NCBI GenBank assembly: GCA_018303855.1
Contig: JAGVXI010000007.1
Coordinates: 12,143 to 76,142 of the forward strand
DNA: 64,000 nucleotides
Direction of reading: 5' to 3'
From: Candidatus Pacearchaeota archaeon
GTDB lineage: Archaea; Nanobdellota; Nanobdellia; Pacearchaeales; GW2011-AR1
Shown: piece by piece, positions 28,750 through 39,321 of the stretch
Layout of the letters: every line of letters begins with the position of its first letter
How positions within the stretch are numbered: position 1 is the first letter of the stretch
Notes under the pieces: generated by a model
The model's database searches: none
Seen by the model: the letters and a program-made list of their open reading frames with translations, nothing else
Told to the model about the DNA's origin: nothing
Position numbers and translations under genes: made by a program

Positions 28750-29658
28750 ATGAATTCTCAAGTAAAAGATGTTTGCATTGAAGCTTTAAGAAGAGTTTAT
28801 AATTTACAGAGAGAATTAATGCAAAAAGAAGTTATTGGAGAAATTATTGCTAAAGGTTCTGGATTAGATAAAGCAATTCGTGGAGATTGGGAATCAGAAG
28901 AAGCTGTGATTAACTTTTTAAAAAAACAGAGATTACCTGCTATGATTATTTCTGAAGAACATGGCCAATTTAGTTTATCAAAAAAACCAGCATATCTTGT
29001 CGTATTAGATGGAATTGATGGAAGCAGTGGGTTAGCAGCAAATCCTAAAGCAAGATGCGGAACAATTATTAGTGTTGCTGACAATTTAAATCCAAAATAT
29101 GATGATTTTATTTTTTCAGGAGTTACTGAATTTTCTCAAGAGAGGATAGCATATGTTTCTAAAGGAGATAAGGTTAGGCTAATAGAACAACCAGGAAAAT
29201 TAGAGAAAACTGCAATTGTTGATAAAATTTTTCCAAAACCTTTGTGTAAAGAAACTAAAATCCATATTGATGATAAACAATTTTATCCCGACTATAAAGA
29301 AGGAATTACAATTAGCATGGATAAAATAACTAAATTAATGAGAAATGTTTTTTCTAATAAATTAAATGGCAAGTTTGAATTAAGTGGCATGGCTTCCACT
29401 TCATCAATGTTCATTGACCTTGTTCTTGGCAAAGTTGATGCTGTTTGCGGGGTTATTGTAAAAGGTGTTTTTGAGCCTCCTGCAGGATATCTTTTGTCTA
29501 AAACCATTGGCGGAGAAGTTTATGGTTTTTCTAATGATAAATGGGAAAAAATTGATAATAAAAAATGGCAAGAATATGGAAAACCAATATCTCCGGTTTT
29601 ATTTGCAGCATCTCCTGAACTTGCAAATGAGTTGATTAGCATTTTAAAATCATCCTAA
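28750..29658 (+). CDS. inositol monophosphatase/FBPase-family (IMPase-like) sugar-phosphate phosphatase
   Basis: 'IISEEHG' and 'VVLDGIDGSSG' resemble the IMPase metal-binding motifs (..EE.. and DPIDGT). Confidence 0.45.
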   Translation: MNSQVKDVCIEALRRVYNLQRELMQKEVIGEIIAKGSGLDKAIRGDWESEEAVINFLKKQRLPAMIISEEHGQFSLSKKPAYLVVLDGIDGSSGLAANPKARCGTIISVADNLNPKYDDFIFSGVTEFSQERIAYVSKGDKVRLIEQPGKLEKTAIVDKIFPKPLCKETKIHIDDKQFYPDYKEGITISMDKITKLMRNVFSNKLNGKFELSGMASTSSMFIDLVLGKVDAVCGVIVKGVFEPPAGYLLSKTIGGEVYGFSNDKWEKIDNKKWQEYGKPISPVLFAASPELANELISILKSS

Positions 29659-29711
29659 TTAATATATCCCAAATTCAGAATCTTTATTAATAGGTAGTTT
29701 TAAGATATGTT

Positions 29712-30716
29712 ATGGAAAACCTGCAAGAAATAAAAAGCATGCAAGGAAAAAAAGTATTAATAACAGGCGGCTTAGGATTTATAGGAAGCAATTTAGCAAA
29801 AAGGCTTGTGGGTGAGGGGGCAGAAGTTACATTATTTGATAAGATTGAAAATGATAGCGATAAGGTTAAAAATATAGCTGATAAATTAAAAATTGTTAAA
29901 GGTGATAATTTAGATAAGCAATTAATTGATGATATTATTAAGGAAAAAGATTACATTTTTCATTTTGCGTGGCAGACTGATTTAAAAGAATCTATGATTC
30001 ATCCTGGCCAGGATATAACCAGGGACATTATCGGCTTAATAATAATGCTTGAATCCTGCAGGAAATATAATAAAAATGTCAAAATAATTTTTGCAAGCAG
30101 TGTTACTGTTGCAGGGGAAATTGAAAAAATACCAGCAGGAGAAGATGTAGCTGAAAACCCCTTATCAATTTATGAAGCAAATAAATTAGCTGCTGAAAAA
30201 TATCTTTATGTTTATTTTAAAAATTATGGACTAAAAACTTGCGTGTTAAGATTGGCTAATGTTTTCGGTGAAGGACAAAGAATTGATAACCCCAATAGGG
30301 GGGTTTTAAATTTTATGATAGGCAGGGCTTTGCGTGGAGAACCTTTAACTGTTTATGGTAATGGAGAGTTTATCAGGGATTATACTTATGTTCAAAACTA
30401 TATTGATGCGTTTATTTTAGCTGCTCTTTCTGATAAAACAGACGGAGAATTTTATGTATTAGGAAGCGGAAAAGGATTAACCATGAATGAAGTGGTTCAT
30501 AAAATAAAAGAGATTACTAGAGAAATTACTGGAAAAGATGTTCTTATAGAACAAATTCCTTTTCCAGAATCAACCCATAAAATAGATAAAAGAAATTTTA
30601 TTGCAGATTACAGTAAATTCAAACAGGCAACTGGCTGGCAGCCAAAAATAGATTTTGAGTGGGGGTTAAGGAAAACTATTGAATTCTACTACATAAATTC
30701 TTTAAAAACAGCATAA
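29712..30716 (+). CDS. NAD-dependent epimerase/dehydratase (extended SDR)
   Basis: 'VLITGGLGFIGSNL' and 'YEANKLAAE'. Confidence 0.75.
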   Translation: MENLQEIKSMQGKKVLITGGLGFIGSNLAKRLVGEGAEVTLFDKIENDSDKVKNIADKLKIVKGDNLDKQLIDDIIKEKDYIFHFAWQTDLKESMIHPGQDITRDIIGLIIMLESCRKYNKNVKIIFASSVTVAGEIEKIPAGEDVAENPLSIYEANKLAAEKYLYVYFKNYGLKTCVLRLANVFGEGQRIDNPNRGVLNFMIGRALRGEPLTVYGNGEFIRDYTYVQNYIDAFILAALSDKTDGEFYVLGSGKGLTMNEVVHKIKEITREITGKDVLIEQIPFPESTHKIDKRNFIADYSKFKQATGWQPKIDFEWGLRKTIEFYYINSLKTA

Positions 30717-30728
30717 ACACACATATTC

Positions 30729-31826
30729 ATGGGTAGTTATAAAAAGGAGTATGAAGAGGTTTTTGAAGGTAAAACCATACTAATTACAGGCGGATTAGGA
30801 TTTATTGGGAGTAATCTTGCACATAAGTTAGTTGAACTAAATCCAAAAAAGGTTATTATTGCTGATGCACTTGTTAACGGATTAGGCGGAAGCATTGAGA
30901 ATATAAAAGAGATAAAGGATAAACTAGAAATTTATGCTGGTTTAGAAGGAGACATAAGGAACATACAAAAAATTAAAGAACTTGTTTCTCAAGCAGATTA
31001 TGTTTTTAATTTAGCTGGTTCAATTAGGCATACAGGGCATAATAGAGAAGACCTTATTTTTGATTCTGAAATAAACTTAATTTGTCAAACATTATTCTTA
31101 GAAGCATGCAGGCAATGCATGATTGAAAATCCTAAAAAAAACCTATCAATTATTTATGCAGGAACAAGAGACCAATACGGAAAAGTTAGCTTTATGGATT
31201 TGCCATTAAAAGAAGATTTTGTGCCAAAAACATTTACAGATTATCAATCTATTAGCAAGGGAGCGGCAGAAGCTCACCACATAATGCTACACTCCAGTTT
31301 AAAAGAACAAGGAATTGATGGCATTAAAATCACTTCTGTAAGAATAACCAATACTTATGGCCCAAGACAATCGCTAGATTGTGGGGGAGCTGTGCCAACT
31401 TTTATTAAAAAAATTCTTAGCGGAGGAAAGATAGAACTTTGGGGTGGCGGAGAAGTATTAAGAGACTTTAACCATGTTGATGATGTTGTTGATGCATTGA
31501 TATTATTAGCAGCATCTGATAAAACAGGAGGGCAGATTTACAATTTGGGATGCTGCATTGGAAAAGAAGGAATGAATACCCCGGTAGGAGGCAATCTCAC
31601 AACAATCATGAATCTAGCGCATCTTATTAGAGATATTTCTGGCTTGGGTGATGTAACTGCAATTCCTTATCCAAAAGAAAGAGCAAGCATTGAACCAGGA
31701 CATTGTTGTTCTGATATTTCAAAGATTGCCAGACTTGGATGGATTCCAAAATATAGCTTGAGAAAAGGATTAGAAGAAACAATTAGATTTTATAAAGAAA
31801 AAACATTAAATAATAAAGATTATTGA
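30729..31826 (+). CDS. NAD-dependent epimerase/dehydratase (extended SDR)
   Basis: 'ILITGGLGFIGSNL' and 'YQSISKGAAE'. Confidence 0.75.
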   Translation: MGSYKKEYEEVFEGKTILITGGLGFIGSNLAHKLVELNPKKVIIADALVNGLGGSIENIKEIKDKLEIYAGLEGDIRNIQKIKELVSQADYVFNLAGSIRHTGHNREDLIFDSEINLICQTLFLEACRQCMIENPKKNLSIIYAGTRDQYGKVSFMDLPLKEDFVPKTFTDYQSISKGAAEAHHIMLHSSLKEQGIDGIKITSVRITNTYGPRQSLDCGGAVPTFIKKILSGGKIELWGGGEVLRDFNHVDDVVDALILLAASDKTGGQIYNLGCCIGKEGMNTPVGGNLTTIMNLAHLIRDISGLGDVTAIPYPKERASIEPGHCCSDISKIARLGWIPKYSLRKGLEETIRFYKEKTLNNKDY

Positions 31827-32027
31827 TGATAAAAAATGAGTTAGGTTAATACATAAACTATATTGTTAAGATGTCAATGTTGATACTATTATATTAAACC
31901 ACAACTGTAAATTTAAAGTAAGCTTGAATCATTTATCAACTTACTGATTATTAAAGATTTAATAAAACCAGAAAAAATTTGATGCCACATTAAATATTAA
32001 CAATAAAATATAAATAAAAAACTAAAA

Positions 32028-33131
32028 ATGATACCAATTGGCAATTTAAGAAGAAAATATCTTGTTCGGAAAAATGAGTTTGACTCAGCTATTTTACGTG
32101 TGCTTGATAGTGGGTGGTTTATTCTTGGAAAAGAAGTTGAAGAATTTGAAAAAGAATTCGCAGCATATTGCGGAAAAAATTATGGTATTGGAGTTGGTAG
32201 TGGGTTTGATGCTTTGTTGCTTGCATTAAAAGCACTTGAGATTGGAGATGGGGATGAAATAATAACTGTGCCACACACTGCCATACCAACAGTTGCAGCA
32301 ATTATAGCTAGCGGCGCAATTCCAAAATTTGTAGATGTAGGTGAAGATTGCTTGATGGATGTTAACAAAATTAAAGAAGTTATTACAGAAAAAACAAAAG
32401 CGATTATGCCTGTTCATTTATACGGGCAAGCTTGCGACATGGAACAAATATTAGAAATTGCTAACCAACACAACCTTTTTATTATTGAAGATTGCGCACA
32501 GGCTCATGGAGCAGAATACAAAGGAAAAAGAGTCCCAATTAGCACTCTTGGATGCTTTAGTTTTTATCCAAGCAAAAACATGGGGGCATTTGGAGACGGA
32601 GGCATGATTGTGACAGATAGTGAAGCAATTAGCACCAGGCTAAAAATGCTTAGAAATTACGGGCAAGCAACAAGATATCACGCTAAGATGCAAGGGTATA
32701 ATACAAGGCTTGATGAATTACATGCAACAATACTTAGAGTTCAATTGAAATATCTTAATGAAGATAATGAGATAAGAAAACAAATTGCATTAAGATATAA
32801 TTTGCTATTAAAAGAAATAGTGACTATACCAAATGTAAACCAAAACAAAAAACATGTTTATCATCTTTATGTTATAAAAACAGACAAAAGAGACAGATTA
32901 AAAGAAAAGCTAAATGAACTTGGAATTGGAACAGAAATTCATTACCCTATCCCATTACATTTGCAAGAAGCTTACAAATATTTAGGATATAAAAATGGGG
33001 ATTTTGCACAAACAGAAAAAGCAGCAAAAGAGATTCTTTCAATCCCAATATATCCTGAATTAACAGATACTGAAATAGAAACTGTTGCTCAAAAAATCAA
33101 GGAAGTTATGCAAAATATGGCTGGTCCTTGA
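32028..33131 (+). CDS. DegT/DnrJ/EryC1/StrS-family PLP-dependent sugar aminotransferase
   Basis: 'WFILGKEVEEFEKEFAAYCG', 'ITVPHTAIPTVAAI' and 'FSFYPSKNMGAFGDGG' are typical of the family. Confidence 0.8.
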   Translation: MIPIGNLRRKYLVRKNEFDSAILRVLDSGWFILGKEVEEFEKEFAAYCGKNYGIGVGSGFDALLLALKALEIGDGDEIITVPHTAIPTVAAIIASGAIPKFVDVGEDCLMDVNKIKEVITEKTKAIMPVHLYGQACDMEQILEIANQHNLFIIEDCAQAHGAEYKGKRVPISTLGCFSFYPSKNMGAFGDGGMIVTDSEAISTRLKMLRNYGQATRYHAKMQGYNTRLDELHATILRVQLKYLNEDNEIRKQIALRYNLLLKEIVTIPNVNQNKKHVYHLYVIKTDKRDRLKEKLNELGIGTEIHYPIPLHLQEAYKYLGYKNGDFAQTEKAAKEILSIPIYPELTDTEIETVAQKIKEVMQNMAGP

Positions 33132-33852
33132 TTCCTTCTTTTTCTTTTAAAAATTGGCTTGAATGAAATAAGCTTTCAAATGTTCCTGCATCTGACCAAA
33201 AACCCTTGATAATACCATAAAAACATTTTCCTGATTTTACATAATAATCAATTGCATCTGTTATCTCTAATTCTCCTCGGGCAGAAGGTTTAAGCACATC
33301 TATGATGTTAAAGATATTATTATCAAACATATACAATCCTGTCATTGCAAGATTTGATTTTGGGTCACGTGGCTTTTCTTCAACATAAACAACTTTATCT
33401 CCTTCTGTTAATGCACAGCCAAATCTTCTAGCATCTTGCATTGAAACCTCTTTTAAAAAAATCTTAGCTCCCTCTTGCTGTTTTTCAAATTCTTCTACAA
33501 AAGGTTTTACATCATCTTCAAAGATATTATCCCCTAAAACAACAACTACTTTATCATCTCTAACAAAATTTCGCGCTAGTTTTAACGCATGTGCAATTCC
33601 ACCTGAACCTTCTTGCACATCATAAGCAAGATCTACTCCGAATTCTTTCCCACTTCCTAAAAGATTTAAAAAATCTCCTGCGTGCCCTTCCCCGGAAATA
33701 ATTAATATATCTTTAATGCCAGCTTTTGCTAAAAGTTGCAAGGGATAATAAATCATGGGTTTATTATAAACAGGAAGCAGGTGCTTATTAGTGACTTTTG
33801 TACAGGGGTATAGCCTTGAACCAGTGCCTCCTGCTAAAATTACTCCTTTCAT
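33106..33852 (-). CDS. rmlA: glucose-1-phosphate thymidylyltransferase-like sugar nucleotidyltransferase (short RmlA form)
   Basis: 'MKGVILAGGTGSRLYPCTKVTNKHLLPVYNKPMIYYPL'. Confidence 0.8.
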   Translation of the reverse strand: MKGVILAGGTGSRLYPCTKVTNKHLLPVYNKPMIYYPLQLLAKAGIKDILIISGEGHAGDFLNLLGSGKEFGVDLAYDVQEGSGGIAHALKLARNFVRDDKVVVVLGDNIFEDDVKPFVEEFEKQQEGAKIFLKEVSMQDARRFGCALTEGDKVVYVEEKPRDPKSNLAMTGLYMFDNNIFNIIDVLKPSARGELEITDAIDYYVKSGKCFYGIIKGFWSDAGTFESLFHSSQFLKEKEGIKDQPYFA

Positions 33853-34847
33853 GATGTCCTCCTACCAGGCATGTTTTTTAATGGCTGCCACCACCATTTA
33901 TTATTCTTATACCATTCTATTGTTAAGCTAAGTGCTTTATCAAAATTAAATCGCGGTTTCCAACCAAGCGCCTTTATTTTTTCACAATTTAAAGAATACC
34001 TTAAATCATGCCCCTTTCTATCTTCAACTAACTGAATAGATTCCTCTCCGGCCCCCATTTTTTCAAGTATTAATTTTGTTAAACCTATATTAGTAATTTC
34101 ATTTCCTCCCCCTATATTGTATACCCCATTAACCTGCCCATTATGAATAATAAAATCAATTGCTTCACAATTATCCTGAACAAAAATCCAATCTCTAACA
34201 TTCTTTCCTGTTCCATAAAGGGGGACTTTTTTTTGTTCGATTAAATTTGTAATAAACAAAGGAACTACTTTTTCTGGAAAGTGATAGGGCCCAAAATTAT
34301 TACTTGACCTTGTAATGATAATTGGCTGTTTAAATGTTTTAATATTGCCCAAACAAATCATTTCTGCAGCAGCTTTTGATGCACTATAAGGTGAAGAGGG
34401 ATTCAAAACATCTTGCTCTTTGCTCGAAGCATCGCCGAAATTAAGCGAACCATATACCTCATCTGTAGATATTTGCACAAATAAACCTGCTTTTTTTTGC
34501 CTGGCAGCTTCTAAAATTGAATGAGTCCCTAAAACATTTGTTTGAATAAAAATCTGCGGTTCTTTTATAGAATTATCAACATGTGATTCTGCAGCAAAAT
34601 TGACTATAACATCTCCTTCTTGGATTATGTTCCTCATAAAATCGTAATTTGCAATATCTGCTTGGATAAAAGCATAATTGCTTTGATTCTCAATTTGTTT
34701 TAAATTTTCCTGGTTTCCAGAATAAGTAAGCTTGTCTATGTTAATAAACTGATAATTAGGGTATTTATTAACCATTAGAATTAGAAAATTACTTCCTATG
34801 AACCCGCATCCCCCTGCAACTATAACTCTTTTTGCCTCTTTGCTCAT
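33849..34847 (-). CDS. rmlB: dTDP-glucose 4,6-dehydratase
   Basis: 'RVIVAGGCGFIGSNF' and 'YSASKAAAE'. It overlaps rmlA by 4 nt, as in an operon. Confidence 0.8.
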   Translation of the reverse strand: MSKEAKRVIVAGGCGFIGSNFLILMVNKYPNYQFINIDKLTYSGNQENLKQIENQSNYAFIQADIANYDFMRNIIQEGDVIVNFAAESHVDNSIKEPQIFIQTNVLGTHSILEAARQKKAGLFVQISTDEVYGSLNFGDASSKEQDVLNPSSPYSASKAAAEMICLGNIKTFKQPIIITRSSNNFGPYHFPEKVVPLFITNLIEQKKVPLYGTGKNVRDWIFVQDNCEAIDFIIHNGQVNGVYNIGGGNEITNIGLTKLILEKMGAGEESIQLVEDRKGHDLRYSLNCEKIKALGWKPRFNFDKALSLTIEWYKNNKWWWQPLKNMPGRRTS

Positions 34848-34909
34848 AAGTTAGCCTATATTAAAGGAATTATAAATATTTGTGTTGTCTGAAATAGATT
34901 AAAGTTATT

Positions 34910-36418
34910 TTAAGCTGTTTCTTGCAGGTTATTATAACTAATTTTATAAATAACTAAAATAGGCTGATTATTGAGGGTATAAACCTGAACAGGAACAAAA
35001 ACTTCTGGATATTTTGCTGGAAATTCAAACATCCAAGGGGCATGATTTTCAAAGACATATAAAACAAAATATTTTGGCTTTTCTTCATTTAGCTGATTTA
35101 ATAACTCTTGTTCTGCAACGTCCAATACAGAAGAGTTTTCTCGAAAAACTCTTCTCTCAGAATAATACGCTAATTGAGGCAAACTTCTTGACCAAACACT
35201 ATCTTGAGGATTGGAATTATCTTTAATCCACAAACCAGCTGCCCTTATCTCTGCGTAGGTGTTGACTTTTAGTTTTATAATTTGATCAGCATGTTTTAGC
35301 TGAATATAAGCTCCTGAAAAAATAATTATGATTATAATAGTTATTGCTCCAAGTTCTTTAATATACTTTTTTATAAGCTGGAAAGTTAACATGATTCCTT
35401 TTGAGGTAATAATGAATATGGCAAAAGACATTGCCATAAACCACCTTTCTTCAAAACTCCTTAATACAAATATGTTGATGCCTAGAAGAAAAATCATAGA
35501 TATTGCTATAAACAAATCATTTTGATATTTTTTAGAGCCTTTTAAAATTTGATCGAAACCTAAAATAATAGTAATAAATGTTATTAAGCCCATAAAGAAG
35601 AATGCTAAAAAAACTTTTTCTGTATAAAGCGGAATAAATTTAAAGGCATCCCATCCAAAATTTTCTTCTCCTGGCCCGCCATAAGCACCTGTAAATGCAA
35701 GGGCATCTCCATGATGATAATATGACCAGATTAAGTGTGGCGAAAGTGTTAATAAAAAAACCAGTACCATCCCCCATAATGCTGGTTTTTTAAGAAATTT
35801 AAAATTTTCTGTAATTAAAACGAAAATTGCAATGATTACCCCGTAATAAATTCCTGCTGGACGTAATAGGAAACTAAGTGCAATAAAAAATCCAGAAATA
35901 TAGACAAACTTATTATTTTTACCAAAAGCATACCCTTTCCAAAAAAAGTAAAAAGCTAGCAACCCAAATAAAAAACTCATTTCATCATTCATAACCCTTG
36001 CAGAATAAAATAAATGAATCCAAAGCACAGCCGTAAGAAATGCAGTAAGGAGGGCAATTTTTTCAGAATACATTTCTTTTGCAAGAAGATATGTAAAAAA
36101 AACTACTAATACGGATGGGACTAAAACTAAAAAAAATCTTACTGACTGTTCAGATAATCCTACCCTAAAGATTAAAGATATTAAAAAAGGAAAAAGCACA
36201 ACTCTTTTTGGACTAATATCATAAGGAGTTCCAAAAACTATTTTTTTTGCATAAGCCATATATTCTGCTTCATCCCACCATAATGCTTGATCCTGAGTTA
36301 ATAAAAAATAATACAACCTAAGGATAAATGCAAAGATTAAGATTGCCAACAAATAAAAATTGGCGGGCTTTCTCAACCAAAGCCTTATTTTTTCAGTTAA
36401 AGCTTTATTGGCATCCAT
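34910..36418 (-). CDS. GT-C fold membrane glycosyltransferase (ArnT/PMT-like, GT39/GT83)
   Basis: 502 aa, polytopic. It has an N-terminal-loop 'WWDEAEY' acidic motif. Confidence 0.65.
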   Translation of the reverse strand: MDANKALTEKIRLWLRKPANFYLLAILIFAFILRLYYFLLTQDQALWWDEAEYMAYAKKIVFGTPYDISPKRVVLFPFLISLIFRVGLSEQSVRFFLVLVPSVLVVFFTYLLAKEMYSEKIALLTAFLTAVLWIHLFYSARVMNDEMSFLFGLLAFYFFWKGYAFGKNNKFVYISGFFIALSFLLRPAGIYYGVIIAIFVLITENFKFLKKPALWGMVLVFLLTLSPHLIWSYYHHGDALAFTGAYGGPGEENFGWDAFKFIPLYTEKVFLAFFFMGLITFITIILGFDQILKGSKKYQNDLFIAISMIFLLGINIFVLRSFEERWFMAMSFAIFIITSKGIMLTFQLIKKYIKELGAITIIIIIIFSGAYIQLKHADQIIKLKVNTYAEIRAAGLWIKDNSNPQDSVWSRSLPQLAYYSERRVFRENSSVLDVAEQELLNQLNEEKPKYFVLYVFENHAPWMFEFPAKYPEVFVPVQVYTLNNQPILVIYKISYNNLQETA

Positions 36419-36680
36419 AAAAATAAATATGAATTTAGGTTTTTAGTTGTTTGTGTCAAGATAAAACCATATAATAAATGACTTTAATTTCTCCCCATTT
36501 TCTTTGTCGTTTACTATCTAGCAAAGGCGCAAAATGCGGGTAAATAAAAGCGTCCTTTGCTATAACCAGCATAAGTATATCTCTAAAAACCATATGCAAT
36601 AATCTATATTTTAACTCAACAAATTATTTAAATTAACATTTGTAGAAAAATACCATGAATAAAAGTAAAAAAGAGATGAG

Positions 36681-38237
36681 ATGGTAAATATCTTATATGC
36701 GCATAAAGACCATCCTATAGAACCTTTAGGGCCTGCTTATTTAACCAGTTCTATAGCGAGACACGGGCACAAATCAAAACTACTTTTAACTTCAAGAAAT
36801 ATTGATAAGGCTGTTGAAGAAGTATCAGAAGAAATTAAAAAGGAAAGAGTAGACATTTTTGCCCAAAGCATCATATTTGGCAGCCACCATTATGCAATTG
36901 AATTAAATAAAAAAATAAAAGAAAGACATCCAAAAGTCATTGGATTTCTTGGCGGTCCTGCACCAACATTTACACCTGAGCTACTTGAAAGAGGTTTTGA
37001 TGTTATATGCAGGTATGAAGGAGAATATCCTTTTTTAGAATTCTGTGATGCAATTGAAAAAGGAGATGATGTTGGTAATATTGCAAATATATGGGTAAAA
37101 GAAAATCTTAACCTATATCACACAAAAGTAAGAAATACAAAAAATAATCTAGATATTGATACCCAGGGGTATAGAGATGAAAGCGGGTATGATCCTAAAA
37201 GAAAAAGATTTGTGAATGCCACAAGAAATCTTGTTGAAGATGAATCATTAGATGAACTTCCTTTTCCAGACAGGGAATTTCTTTATGCCAATCAAAAATA
37301 TAGAAACAGTCCTATAAAGCATTTTATGCATACAAGGGGGTGTGCATTTAGATGTTCTTATTGTTTTGTCCATGTAATGAATGCAGAAAACACACGAAAA
37401 GGAAAGTTTGTAAGAAGACGCAAAGATGAATCGGTAGCTGAAGAAGTAAAAAAAGTTGTAGATGAATATGGGGCAGGCAATATTTATTTTCAGGATGATA
37501 TTCTAGGCCCGGCTTATAAGGCTGAATATGCAAAAAGATTTTCGGAAGTTTTTTCTGAAATTGGAGTGCCAATGCATGGACATGTGAGATTTGATTTAAT
37601 TGCTGACAACCCTGATACTGCAAAATATCTTGCAAAAGCAGGGATTACAGGAGTCCATGTTGCCATTGAATCTGGGGATGATGAAATAAGGAATAAAATC
37701 CATAGAAGAGATATGTCCTTAGATGACATTCTTAAAGGAGCTAAATATCTAAGAGATAACGGAATTAAAATGATGACTCAAAATATTTTAGGAGCTCCTG
37801 GCGAAACAAAAGAGCAAATGTTAAAAACGCTTGAGTTGAATATTGCTGTCAAGCCGGCTTTTGCATCTGCTTCAATATTTCAACCATATCCAGGAACTAC
37901 TGCATTAGAAATAGCAGCAAATCAAGGCGTTCTTCCCACTAGAGATCAGGATGAATTAATAGATTTGTTTGGTTTGGAAACATTTTATAATAGATCAATA
38001 TTAGTTCAAGACCCTGAACACAAAAGATGGCTCGAGGGTTTTCAAAAGTGGTTTGCCCTTGCTGTTGCAAATCCTCAAATTTACAATTCAGGTGTTCTTG
38101 AAAGAGTTATTAATTCTTATCCTGAAGAAAAAGCAGCTGAAAAAGACTTAGAACATATGTATAGGGAACATAGAGCTAAAGCTGACGAGGAACTTTATGG
38201 AGTTAAGATTACAGATGTTGTTATGGAAGAGAATTGA
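36681..38237 (+). CDS. B12-binding-domain radical SAM enzyme (class B-like)
   Basis: N-terminal Rossmann-like B12-type domain. 'RGCAFRCSYC' supplies the CxxxCxxC radical SAM cluster motif. Confidence 0.75.
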   Translation: MVNILYAHKDHPIEPLGPAYLTSSIARHGHKSKLLLTSRNIDKAVEEVSEEIKKERVDIFAQSIIFGSHHYAIELNKKIKERHPKVIGFLGGPAPTFTPELLERGFDVICRYEGEYPFLEFCDAIEKGDDVGNIANIWVKENLNLYHTKVRNTKNNLDIDTQGYRDESGYDPKRKRFVNATRNLVEDESLDELPFPDREFLYANQKYRNSPIKHFMHTRGCAFRCSYCFVHVMNAENTRKGKFVRRRKDESVAEEVKKVVDEYGAGNIYFQDDILGPAYKAEYAKRFSEVFSEIGVPMHGHVRFDLIADNPDTAKYLAKAGITGVHVAIESGDDEIRNKIHRRDMSLDDILKGAKYLRDNGIKMMTQNILGAPGETKEQMLKTLELNIAVKPAFASASIFQPYPGTTALEIAANQGVLPTRDQDELIDLFGLETFYNRSILVQDPEHKRWLEGFQKWFALAVANPQIYNSGVLERVINSYPEEKAAEKDLEHMYREHRAKADEELYGVKITDVVMEEN

Positions 38238-38415
38238 GTTTTAATAAAGTTAGTTGTTCGCATTTGGCTCACAATCAACTGAAGCTTATTAATAGTTGAG
38301 GATATTAACTTATGAAGTATGTTGGGATAACATTAAGCATCACAAAGTCTTATTGTCTATGGTTTAATATTACAAATCAACACAAACTTATTAAATTATA
38401 GTACATTAAAAATTT

Positions 38416-38664
38416 ATGCCAAAAGATTATATTATGACAACAGAAGAAATGGAAGCATTTCTATTAAATAAATATGGCAAAATACCGAGAGGGAGCATAG
38501 AAGCTTACAATTTATTAAGAGAAAAAACAGGACTGGGTATTAACAATAAAAACAATGAAGAATTGCCGTATACTGAAAAAGTAAAACTCCACAAGGATAT
38601 TTGTAAACTGCTGGGATTTTCTCCTGAAGGTGGGCTTGCCGGAAGAAATATGGGTGAGTTTTAA
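38416..38664 (+). CDS. hypothetical small protein (82 aa)
   Basis: ORF only. Confidence 0.3.
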   Translation: MPKDYIMTTEEMEAFLLNKYGKIPRGSIEAYNLLREKTGLGINNKNNEELPYTEKVKLHKDICKLLGFSPEGGLAGRNMGEF

Positions 38665-38684
38665 CAGAATTTAATGTATTAAAG

Positions 38685-39308
38685 TTACCTATTTAATAAA
38701 GTATCTAAATCTCTTTTCAGTTGCGTGGGATTTTTGTAAAGAATTGTGTCCATACCAAGTTGCTTTGCTGGTTTTAGATTTTCAATTTTATCATCAATAA
38801 AAATGACTTCTGAAGGTTGTGCATCCAAATCTCTTAAAACAAATTCATATGCTTTAATATCTGGTTTCATTAAACCAATTTCACACGAAATATAATTCTT
38901 GTCAAACAAATTAAAAACCCTATTTTTGGCTTTATTAAATTCAACTATTTCTTTTTCGGTATTAGTAAAAGAAACAACCTCGTATTTTTTTAAGTTCATT
39001 AAACCTCTTATAATCTCTAAAACCTCTTTAAATATCTTAAAATTTTTTTCATAAACGTCTATATGTTTAGAAAGGAGTTCTTGAGGAGAAGGTTTTTTCA
39101 AATTAAGTCTTTCTAGTGTTTTGGTATAAAATTCTAAAAGTGTCATTTTTCCAATAGGAACAAGGCTATAAATATCTAAATTAGCTTTTTTTAATTCCTC
39201 AAAATTTATTCCTAACAATTCAGAAATTTGTTTGTTAATAATTAACATTGTCTCTGGAACTAAAACACCCCCTAAATCTAATAAGATGTATTTTATCTTG
39301 CTATTCAT
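38685..39308 (-). CDS. HAD-superfamily hydrolase (subfamily IA-like)
   Basis: N-terminal 'ILLDLGGVLV' and C-terminal 'VIFIDDKIENL'. Confidence 0.6.
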   Translation of the reverse strand: MNSKIKYILLDLGGVLVPETMLIINKQISELLGINFEELKKANLDIYSLVPIGKMTLLEFYTKTLERLNLKKPSPQELLSKHIDVYEKNFKIFKEVLEIIRGLMNLKKYEVVSFTNTEKEIVEFNKAKNRVFNLFDKNYISCEIGLMKPDIKAYEFVLRDLDAQPSEVIFIDDKIENLKPAKQLGMDTILYKNPTQLKRDLDTLLNR

Positions 39309-39321
39309 TTTAATCTAAATT

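Noticed and set aside
32119-32417. Three small minus-strand ORFs inside the DegT aminotransferase gene
   Set aside because: They sit within a well-supported PLP aminotransferase on the other strand; they are spurious.
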